Assembly (NCBI RefSeq): GCF_001194135.2 | Contig: NC_068982.1 | Span: 91,431,206 to 91,495,205, forward strand | Length of the DNA: 64,000 nt | Reading direction: 5' to 3' | From: Octopus bimaculoides | Taxonomy: Eukaryota | Shown here: positions 39,701 through 49,237 of the stretch, in pieces | Layout: every line of letters starts with the position of its first letter | How positions within the stretch are numbered: position 1 is the first letter of the stretch | The notes under the pieces: generated by a model | Seen by the model: only the letters and a program-made list of their open reading frames with translations | Told to the model about the DNA's origin: nothing | Databases searched by the model: none | Translations under genes and position numbers: made by a program

Positions 39701-42700
39701 ACTGTTTTATTATTCGTGTGATGGAAACGGTTTTTTTTTTGTTTTGTTTAATTTTTCATTGGCCAATCTGATGGATCATCCCAATATAAAAAAAAATTCT
39801 GTTCAACTAAAATCCTGTAAGGTGTCACCCCAGCATAGCCATAGTCTAGTGATTGAAACAAAAGAAAAAAATGATAATCAATTTGGTTCTGAAAATACAA
39901 TAAGCAATAATAATGCATAAATTTATTACAGTTGTTCATCTTTTTTTTTTATTATTTACTTTTACCAGGATGCATTGAATGTCTGCACAAGAAAAGCTGT
40001 CAAAGAAGCAAGACTGAAAGAAATTCGACAAGAAGTCCTAAATTCCAAGAAATTAAATGTAAGTTTCCAATATCTAATCAAAATTCACGTAACTATCACT
40101 CTGATATATTATTGTCTTTGGTCAGCTTTGCCTCTGAAGACAGTAGTGTCCTTCACTCAAATAGTTTTCTTGTACAGGTCAGATATTCTTGATAAGCTAC
40201 ACTTCATTCCAGTACACTCTGTCCTGCAGGAATTGATAGTGTGGTAGTAGACCATATGATATGTGTTTTAGCGTCTTGTTGCTTCATGCAATTAATCCTT
40301 CAGACACAGGTATGGGTGTGTGTGGTGAAGTTACTTTGGTGAAGTGTTTTCCACTATAGCCCCAGGTTGAACAAAGCCATGTGAGTTGATTTGGTAGATG
40401 GAAACTGAAAGAAGCATACTGTATATTTGTGTGTTTATGCCTCTTTGCTTTAGTATCACATGATAATTGTAAATAAGTGTTACTGACACACAAGCAGTAT
40501 CATTTGTTTCCCATCTTCCATGAAGATGTGTCTGGTGGTGGGGAAAACGTTACTTTGTCAGGAAACGAGTGAGGGTTGGTGACCGGAAGGACATCCAGCC
40601 ATAGAAAATTTGTCTGAACAAATTCCAGATGATCCATGCAAGCATGAAAAAGTGGACATTAAAGTTATAATGAAAATGATGATTAGCATATTTCTTTTGA
40701 AATACACTATCAATGTTTCAGTTAATTTTTAAAATATTGAAGAATGTTGTAAAGTAACTTTGTCATTAAGCTGGTGTTTAAAACATAAAATAACATATTT
40801 TGATAGATTTGGATTACTTTTGATAGATTTGCTTCGATTTGATTTGGATTACTTTAAAACAGGAAGTTTGTATCATGGAATCAAAGAACCAGGCAGACTG
40901 GTAGAGACTGACAAAGTCAATTCAGTTGATATATAGTATTCTTGATTCTCTGCATTGTTTCGACATAATTTTTAGAATTGGATGCACGTATGGTTATGTG
41001 GTTAAAAAGTTCACTTTTCAACTGTTTGGTTTTCAGTTCAATCCCACTGTGCAGCACCTTGGGCAATTCTCTTATACCTTAACCTCAGTTCAACCAGTAC
41101 CTTACGAGTTAAACATGTTAAACACAAACTATGGAAGCTCATAGGAGGCACCATTTTTGAGTGGGAGACTTAATTTATCTCCTGGTTGAACACCACTACC
41201 TGGCCTTTGGTGCTTTTAGTGGAATATATTCTGTTGCAAACATTCTGGCCAGGTCTCTGATCTTATGGTTATTTCTTCCTACCAGTCATGAAGGCTCTGA
41301 AAAGGGACATGGGCCCTGTCCCCACTCCTTTACCAAAATCATGTGAAAAAATTCAGGACAAATATACCATGACGTTTTTGTTTTGCCTTTCATCCTCCCA
41401 AAACAGAAAACAAAACAGTTAAATAGTAGAATCAGCAAATCAACCATACCCTCCTACAAAAGAAGTGACTACTTGTGTTATAGACCACTATTATGATGAC
41501 CATTATCTATACTTTTTTTTTTGCAGTCATTTTTCCAAGCTCATCCAAGGGATAAAGAAGTTTTACATCATGATGCAAAATTACAATTTTCTCAAAAATG
41601 TTTGAAGCTAGAAAATGTTCCTGATTATTTAGGTAAGTAACAGCAATTGTATTTAATATATTACTGTCTATATTGATTGTTTCTAGAACACCTGCAAGAA
41701 TAATTCAAGTGCCACTAGTTTTGAATTATAAAAGTTATCATTATCCAAATAATTATATATAATTGCACTGGGAATAGGCCACATTTTAAAGGAGAGTATA
41801 GTCCATTATTTTGAATACATTCCCTCTACCTCACCCCAGAACTACCTCCTTTTAGCCATTATCTTCCTTGACCACTTTTTCCACCAATCACTTCCTTCCT
41901 GTGTCTTCAGCCACTTCTCTGTCTCTCTTCCTTGCTATATACTTCATCCTTAACACCTCCTTTCTGTTATTATTCCCAATACCCTCACATATCTACCCCC
42001 ACCCCCCAGCCACTCCTATATCTCTCACTGTCACTTCTATCTCATCTCCAGCCATCTCTCATGTTTTTATGAAACTCCCCCACCTCTATTCCTGTTGCCT
42101 ACTCACCCAGCCTAGTCCTCTGTATCACTTCACCTGTATTTACTCCCCACAGTACCTTGAGGGTATGTCCTGACACATCTCCACCACCCTCTGTCTCTCT
42201 CTTTCCTTTCTATTCTAGCTGAGGTATCCTTGTATCTCTACTACATCATGACTCCTATCTCCTATTTCTCTATTATTCTTTAACCTCTCATCAGCTGGTA
42301 CAAAGCCACCTTCTTCAATACTACTCCCCCTCCCAGTCAAGGGGGTTTTTGTATCACATATTCTGGATACTTTGATTATGTTATCTTTCTATATCTGCCT
42401 TGTGTGTGTGAATGTGTCTGTGTGCATTTGTATGAACCAACTAGGAAAACCTCTATGTGGTAGCCAGACATGTTAGAAATAGTAACCTAATCTCCTTTGA
42501 GTCACCAACCCTTTCCTCATGGATTATCACCAAACAGTCTATGGGCAAAAATATAATTGCCAATATTCTGGAAAGCTTTCATAGATCAATCACAGATAGA
42601 CAGAAAAAGAACAAATTTACTCATTCTTTGTTTTTATCAGCCCACACTCTACTGATATGCTTACTCTCTTCTGCCATATTTATTCATGTATGTCTATACA

Positions 42701-45700
42701 TAAATGTGTGTGTTGATAATGATGTAAGCACACACACACATTTACTTCCTGATTAGCAAGTTTCTGTTTTTTTAAAGCTTTCTTTTGTTTCTCTGTTTTA
42801 TATATATATATATATACATCGTTGCCAGTGCCCCTGGACTGGCTTGTGCGGGTGGCACATAAAAGACACCATTTCGAGCGTGGCCGTTTTCGTGCGGGTG
42901 ACACGTAAAAGCACCCACTACACTCTCTGAGTGGTTGGCGTTAGGAAGGGCATCCAGCTGNNNNNNNNNNNNNNNNNNNNNNNNNNNNNNNNNNNNNNNN
43001 NNNNNNNNNNNNNNNNNNNNNNNNNNNNNNNNNNNNNNNNNNNNNNNNNNNNNNNNNNNNNNNNNNNNNNNNNNNNNNNNNNNNNNNNNNNNNNNNNNNN
43101 NNNNNNNNNNNNNNNNNNNNNNNNNNNNNNNNNNNNNNNNNNNNNNNNNNNNNNNNNNNNNNNNNNNNNNNNNNNNNNNNNNNNNNNNNNNNNNNNNNNN
43201 NNNNNNNNNNNNNNNNNNNNNNNNNNNNNNNNNNNNNNNNNNNNNNNNNNNNNNNNNNNNNNNNNNNNNNNNNNNNNNNNNNNNNNNNNNNNNNNNNNNN
43301 NNNNNNNNNNNNNNNNNNNNNNNNNNNNNNNNNNNNNNNNNNNNNNNNNNNNNNNNNNNNNNNNNNNNNNNNNNNNNNNNNNNNNNNNNNNNNNNNNNNN
43401 NNNNNNNNNNNNNNNNNNNNNNNNNNNNNNNNNNNNNNNNNNNNNNNNNNNNNNNNNNNNNNNNNNNNNNNNNNNNNNNNNNNNNNNNNNNNNNNNNNNN
43501 NNNNNNNNNNNNNNNNNNNNNNNNNNNNNNNNNNNNNNNNNNNNNNNNNNNNNNNNNNNNNNNNNNNNNNNNNNNNNNNNNNNNNNNNNNNNNNNNNNNN
43601 NNNNNNNNNNNNNNNNNNNNNNNNNNNNNNNNNNNNNNNNNNNNNNNNNNNNNNNNNNNNNNNNNNNNNNNNNNATAGATATATAGATATATATAAATCT
43701 TAAACCATCCAACCCAGTATGGAAAATGGATGTTAAATAATAATGATGATATATATATGTGTGTGTATAATGTTACTTTTTGTTTATTTTTTTCAGTACC
43801 TACAACACTTAAAAATTCTATAAATAATTCACCTGGTGTCAAAAAAATACAACCAATTTCTCACCAACGGACTTCAAAGAAAAAGAAGGTAATTTTCATT
43901 TGTTTCTGTGATTCAAGCTCAATTTGCATGAATAGCTGTGAAGATTAGTATGTGTCATCTTAGTCATTATGTTGTTGCTAAGCCCCAGATCAAACCTGAT
44001 GAAGCAAACCTGTTACCAGAGTGTTTCAACTATAACCAACCTGTTTTCAAACATAGGATTACAATCATCGAATATAACTTCTTTTTATGGTTTCGCTACT
44101 GTTTTTAGCAGCTCTGTTGATCACATAGAGGTTAACTGAAATGGCTTTACTCTTGTTTCAAGGTATATTATTTTGCTTGAAATTAAGCAGTCAACTGGCA
44201 GAATGGGCAAGTTTCTTCTACTACTGTTCTAAGTCAACCAGTGCCTTGCGATTGAATTTAGTTGACAGAAATTGTGTGGAAGCCCCTTATCTTCCAGTAC
44301 AGGTGCTTTTGACATAGCACCTACAAGCCTGCAAGATTAAGGATACACAACTGGGGAGGGTTGCAGGGGACGAGCAACCAAATCAGTTACACTCTGTCAT
44401 ATATGCACACTGACATTACCCATCCAGCAAAGCATACTGGCTTCATTTCTTTCAAGTCATTGCATATACTCACTAGTCACAGCCCATGTTATGTGTGTAC
44501 AGCTCTCCGGCTTACCAGATCCAGTCTGACTGTCTAACTCATGCCAGCATGGAAAACAGATAGTTGATGATTGTGATGATATACAACAGGCTTCTTTCAG
44601 TTTCTGCCTACCAAATCCACTCACAAGGCTTGTAGTAGAAGACACTTGCTCAAGTTGAACTGAATCCCAAGCTATGTTGTTGCAAAGCAAGCTTCTTACC
44701 ACAGAGCATGCCTGCACCTAATCTATACATATAAATTTGACATGGGCGATTCTTTCTTGTCTTGGGATTCACAGTCAAACGGCTGGGTGGAAATGTGTAG
44801 AATGATCTGGTGGTGATGCTGGGCTTTGTATTTTTTCATAGCTCCCATGGTTACCGAGATAATCTACTATAATAATACTCTTGTGTTTATGAATAAGAAA
44901 GGAAGGGGTGATGTCACACTTGGTAGTGGGATGATGAAAATTGTATGCTGAAAAAAATAAATCAAACAGCATTTCAACTCAGTGTGAATATATGTGTGTG
45001 TGCATGCGTGCAATGGAAGCGAGATGGTTCATCTTTGTTCGCTTAGTATTTGGGTTTATTTTTTGATTTGGTTGAATCTTGATTGATTTTTTTTTTGTTG
45101 GTCAGTTATTTTTAGCATTCTGACAGAAAAAAGTCATTCTAAAATTGTTTTTTAATGTAAGCATGCCCAAACAAGTCGAATGCTTATACAGAGCAAGTTT
45201 TACAGCCACATCATCCAAACTGACCAGGTGAAACCGGGCTTAGCTGCTTGTATATATATGAATATATGTGTTTGTGGTGCATGTATCTTTGTATTTGTTC
45301 CCCCATAAGTTGGCAATGGTATTGATTTGTTTGTTTGACTCTAAAAGCAGTGCTCCAGTATGGTCACAGTCCAATGACTGAAACAATTAAAAGAGTAAAC
45401 AAATATGTACGTAAGATAGTGTAAATAGAAACATCTAGAACTCTTGTCATATACAAACAGAATAACTTTAGCTGTCTATATCATTTTTGCATGGAACTAT
45501 TTTCAGTCTATCTCCAGTTCTCATCCATGGACTGAATTTTGGTTCATTCTTTTTCTAGTCAATGTATTATGTAGAGCAGGGGTTGGGGAACTTTTTTAAC
45601 CAATTACCGCAAAATATATTTATTTACACTTGATTTGAAAGGAAGAAAATCATAGATTTTTTTATTAAAAAAGTTTATTGAATCTATTTATATGGAGAAT

Positions 45701-46503
45701 ACAATAATGAATATAAAAAGTATAAAACAAATGCAATAAAATAAATTAATATCTTCATTATGAAACAAAAGGATTTTTCTAGAAACTTTTTCACTTCAAG
45801 TTTTGGAGAAATGATGTTTCATTTTTGTTACAATTACATCAAAATTGGGGTATTTTGATGCCAGAACAGTTTAGATAGTCTTCGGGATCCAATCGATTAC
45901 TCTGTTTTGTTTTTATGTTCATTAAGAGTAGAAAATCCTTTTTTGCAAAGGCAGGTTGTTGCAAAAGGTAGCAACTTTTTGACTGCCTCTTCATGCCAGA
46001 AGAAAAATTTGTAACAAGGAACACATTTTTTATATAATTTTACTTATGTCTAATGAGTCCTCATTACCCCCAAGACTTTCATTTTTACCCCACCTGGGGT
46101 AATTTACCTTAGTTCACTGACCCCTGACGTAGCGGAATTCACACTGGCTTTTTGACATTACCCCTCTCATTCAAATTTTAAATGTTTCTGAAAATCATTT
46201 TATTGCACTAGGCTTCTAGCAAAAGTATAATAAATGAATAAATAAAAAAGATTTGGCAGAATAAACAGGGTGAACAGAACTTATGAAACTCTAGGCCATT
46301 GAGTCACTTTGTAACTTCTTACAAAAATAAAAAAAATAAAAATTCTGGCAAGAAAACAGAATAATTTGAAAATTACCAAGTCATTTCTTATATATTAACT
46401 AATTCTATATTTACTGTTTCCATTGCAGAGAAAATACCAAGCTGACCCATTAAAGAACTTTACATTAAGTTCTAGCAAAAAGAAAAAACATAAAAAATAT
46501 TGA
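17391..46503 (+). CDS. DDX56: DEAD-box RNA helicase DDX56/Dbp9 (60S biogenesis), 544 aa; join(17391..17453,19191..19352,20547..20627,21484..21557,23263..23433,25606..25696,28489..28547,29732..29836,32033..32104,33517..33624,35581..35691,37346..37446,37815..37888,39969..40058,41527..41632,43797..43888,46429..46503)
   Basis: All 16 introns are GT-AG and phases chain into one 1635-nt ORF. Q motif [14 protein letters not shown], motif I AKTGSGKT, Ib GTPSR, II DEAD, V SRGVD, VI HRIGRTAR, plus DDX56-typical C-terminal [23 protein letters not shown] and DPLKNF. AATAAA at 46525-46530. Confidence 0.95.
18130..18560 (-). mobile_element. RTE-type LINE 3' remnant containing a 30-bp tandem repeat
   Basis: Minus-strand [20 protein letters not shown] (cf. 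RTE LYGSETWALNAEDLQRLE). GTCATTTTCTCTAGCAACGAGGTGCAACCA x2.5 at 18319-18393. Confidence 0.65.
23978..24392 (-). mobile_element. Near full-length tRNA-headed SINE with internal (CA/TA)n microsatellite
   Basis: Minus strand: head GTGGCTGTGTGG...GGTTCATTCCCACTGCGTGGCACCTTGGGCAAG, then GGTAGACGGAAACTGAAAGAAGCCC, microsatellite, and 3' part ending GACTGAAACAAGTAAG. Decayed copies at ~4100-4330, 9170-9330, 20040-20215, 26620-26830, 34990-35170, 38560-38960, 40300-40680, 44580-44720, 46780-46945, 59485-59650, 63480-63760. Confidence 0.85.
27305..27455. repeat. Two-copy ~75-bp tandem duplication in DDX56 intron 6
   Basis: TCCTCAACTAAGCAGCAGTCTGACATA...TTTCAGTGAAAG (27305-27379) is repeated at 27380-27455 with about 8 mismatches. 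Confidence 0.85.
30045..30360 (+). mobile_element. tRNA-headed SINE with CORE/V-like domain
   Basis: Head GAAGGCATGTGGTTTAGTGGTT...GTGAGTTCAGTTCC, then GTGTCCTTGAGCAAGACAC. Related pieces at 15040-15310 and 59670-60170. Confidence 0.75.
32971..33300. mobile_element. hAT-type MITE (330 bp) with perfect 8-bp TSD, inserted in an older SINE tail
   Basis: CTTTAAAT at 32963-32970 and 33301-33308; termini CAGGTGTACTCAAC / GTTGAGAACCACTG. A truncated sister copy lies at ~20252-20470. Confidence 0.85.
35777..36135. mobile_element. hAT-type MITE spanning gap 35839-35924
   Basis: TIRs CAGAGGTTCTCAAAC / CTTTGAGAACCTATG; 8-bp flanks TTATAGTT / CTGTAGTT. Confidence 0.7.
36862..37079 (-). mobile_element. 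tRNA-headed SINE with 12-bp TSD
   Basis: AATTGTAATAGG at 36850-36861 and 37080-37091; same family as 14267 and 16301. Other copies at ~21820-22030, 54270-54490, 63215-63430. Confidence 0.85.
39111..39575. mobile_element. piggyBac-type MITE interrupted by a young RTE-tailed retroposon
   Basis: TTAA (39107-39110) CCCTTTTGATAC ... GTAACAAAAGGG TTAA (39576-39579). Partial sister copies at ~19380-19590 and ~60581-60790. Confidence 0.8.
39237..39525 (-). mobile_element. Young RTE-tailed SINE/LINE 3' end with (ATG)n tail
   Basis: CATCATCATC-GTTTAACGTCCGCCTTCCATGCTAGCATGGGTTGG tail; CpG-rich, so little decay; near-identical to 42817-42960 and related to 55555-55905. Confidence 0.85.
42817..42960 (+). 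mobile_element. Young copy of the same retroposon, opposite orientation, running into gap 42961-43674
   Basis: Its reverse complement matches 39362-39506 exactly for ~117 nt, then differs by one 2-bp indel and a few substitutions. Confidence 0.85.
45577..46126. mobile_element. hAT-type MITE (550 bp)
   Basis: TIRs CAGGGGTTGGGGAACT / AGTTCACTGACCCCTG (13/16); 8-bp flanks ATGTAGAG / ACGTAGCG (6/8). Confidence 0.75.
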
Positions 46504-46548
46504 TATTCAGAAAACAATGACTTCAATAAAACATCTATTCAATTTTCA

Positions 46549-49237
46549 TTACTCTACTTGTTCTGTTTTTATTTCTTCCATTTGTTTCAATTCTTCACTA
46601 ATTTCTGAATTAGATAATGAACCATCTGTCTTAGAAGTTGTTGCTGCTTCTGTTACTATTACTTCATTTTTTTTCTTTCTTTCTAATTTTTTTCTTCTTC
46701 ACTGCCACTGCATCCAGCATTTGTGTTCATTCTTAGGGCTGTCCTGAGTAAACAGACATGATCAAAGTCATTCCTTATGTACACAATAGGCTTCTTTTAA
46801 TTTCCATCTACTCTATTCACAAGGTTTTGATCAGCCTGGGCTATAGTAGAAGACATTTGCCCAAGATGTCATATAGTAGGGAACCTGAAAACTTGTGGTT
46901 GAGAAGTAACCTTCTCAATCATAAAGCCACACCTGCATCATGTATGGAAAGGACAATTCTGTAGCTCTTACAAATAGCTGATTATGATTAAGAAGGTTCT
47001 GTAAATTACAATAGGAGAAACTATACTATGTTGGGTTCATGATTGCAAAATAGCTGCCATCTACTAGGTTGAGTAAAGAGTCATGAGAATGTAGCTAGCT
47101 TAGCTGTGGGTGCCCACACACTGGAAATTGACACCCAGAGCATGCCTATTCATAAGTCTTAATAGATGTTCTAACAGCTTCTAGAAATATGCATCACATG
47201 ATGTCTCGATGCTGATTGGTCCATAACTTGGTGGATCACATGAAAAGGCTGTTACTAAGCCATGATTTTAACTTAGCAATTTGTTGATTCAGGTTTGAAT
47301 CTGCTGCATGTCTCTATGTTAAAAACAATTATGACCCTATCAAGTGAAATGTATACTTCACTGGACCAGTCGAAATCATGTTGGAAGAATCATTAAGTAA
47401 ATGTATATGTGATTATACAGTGGCTGCTGTCGAAAACTAGATTTATTTACAGAATAAATGTAAGTAACTGTGAAACAAAACTGCCAATATTGAAGTGGTA
47501 AGTTTATTATTAACAAAGTATACTTTTTGAGCTTACAACGCTAATAACCATAGAAAAGATGTAAACAAAACAACCTCTAGTTATTTTTCTTCTCAAAACA
47601 CATGGACCTGCAAAGAGCAGGCAGATTTTTCGATTCAGGTTTGGTTTGAAACTTTCCATTTCCTTACCCTAAATATATAAGCAGTATACATTTGGTTTCG
47701 TCTAAATCCGTGCAGAGCAAAATCATATTCATCAGAAAAAACGTATTTAAGTTTTCCAGAAAGATTACAGAGCAAGCAGATTTCATCATTCAAGTTCGGT
47801 TTACGATTCAAACTATTTCTATTTCCTTTTTTTTTTTTAATCCTAAATATTTCGTTTTGACCAGTTCTACGAAAAGAGAAACCATATCATCAGAAAACTA
47901 ATATAAGTTTTACAATAAGAAAAACTCTACGGAATGTAAATGCTTTTTTGGTTAGAATTCTAAATACTGGAATCTGATTGGTTACTGTTATAACTTCCTT
48001 CCCCTCCTCGCTCCCTTCACTCACAAACAAACCGGAAGTCATCATCATATTTTGTTTTGTCAGAAATTAACCGATCAACAAGCAGACATCTTCCAACTCA
48101 ATATAAGAGTTTCGTCCACTTTATTTAAAACAAGAGCCTACATATATGTAAATAATAATAATTCATTACTATTCTTTTTTTTTAAATAGTTATTTATTTA
48201 TTTCCTTTGTGTCTAAACCTCTGCCAGACTCCAACAGTTTATTTCGTCTTCACTCTGTTCCCTTCTGTAATTTTTAAATGACTGTTCTTTCATCTTTATC
48301 CAATTCAACCGAACATGGATATTTGTCTTACGGTGGAGAAGGAATTAGAAAAAGTTTTATCAAAATTCACTGCACTTCGGGAACATACACAGCGAGCTTT
48401 GGGTGACATAGCAACCTCTGTAGACAATATCAAGAAAGAAATCAGTGAAGGTATATATTGTGTTTGTGTATTTACATACGTTTAACTTCTACTTATTATT
48501 TATTGTTTTGCAAGCATGCAAATAAATGTTTATTCTGCATGTTTGAATCGTGCTTTTGCTAAAGTATAAATACATATTTCACCATCCCACACACCTCCAC
48601 AAATATATGGGTTTTACTGTGAAAGAAATCAGCGTATAGTATGTGAATGGCATAAGGACAAGGTCTCTTTCTGAGACCTTGATTTCAATTCTCGGTTCAT
48701 AGTTAAGGCATAAATGTCACAAATATCAATTTTCTTCCATTATATATAGTTGAACAAACGGTAAATATAACTCAATACATGGGTGTGTATATATTTTAAC
48801 CAGTTTTCATTGGCACGTGTTTCGTACATGTTACTTCTATATAAATCAGACATATAGGAATTAGTTATTTTTGTGGTTTCGTTTATTCAGTACCTCATTT
48901 ATTTATATACCTCTCACCTCATTTAAATATTCTCGCGAGTATAAGTTTACTTCCTTTAATCTTACTTCCTCGTCTGATGATTGTGTGAAGCTAAAAAGAA
49001 AGCAAATATGTATTGACATAAAAGAAAACATTTACACACTTTTTGTCATCTATCAGGGAAGAACGGTAACTCATACGAGCAAATTAGTAAAAAATGTTTT
49101 GCATTATTTATACAACTGCTATTTAAAATAATAATAATAATAATACACAAAAAATGTAAATAAAGCTTACTTTTAATGATCCTGTGCCTTATGACGAAAT
49201 CGTTTTTTTTAGCTTTTGTGGAAGGATTCAACCTCAC
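46549..49237 (-). other. Putative spliced antisense transcript (lncRNA or non-AUG small ORF); candidate exons ..49171, 48990-48966, 47866-47668, 46743-
   Basis: Minus-strand donors AAA|GTAAGC (49171), GAA|GTAAGA (48966), AGG|GTAAGG (47668). Acceptors TTGCTTTCTTTTTAG| (48990), TTTCTCTTTTCGTAG| (47866), TCTGTTTACTCAG| (46743). The joined frame is open for 111 codons from GTG 49237 to TGA 46699-46701. No in-frame upstream ATG was found. Confidence 0.4.
47974..48039. promoter_or_regulatory. RMND5 proximal promoter motifs: inverted CCAAT (NF-Y) and ETS/GABP site
   Basis: CTGATTGGTT at 47974-47983 and ACCGGAAGT at 48031-48039, ~280-340 bp upstream of the RMND5 ATG in CpG-retaining DNA. Confidence 0.55.

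Noticed and set aside
46517-46747. Plus-strand 76-aa ORF after the DDX56 stop (also 47692-47901)
   Set aside because: S/F/L-rich antisense shadows of the minus-strand coding-like segments, not independent genes.
47050-47440. Plus-strand frame of ~95 codons interrupted only by TGA stops (…YDPIK*NVYFTGPVEIMLEES…)
   Set aside because: No start, no recognisable homology, and coding-looking patches also appear in minus frames; compatible with chance given the number of frames scanned.
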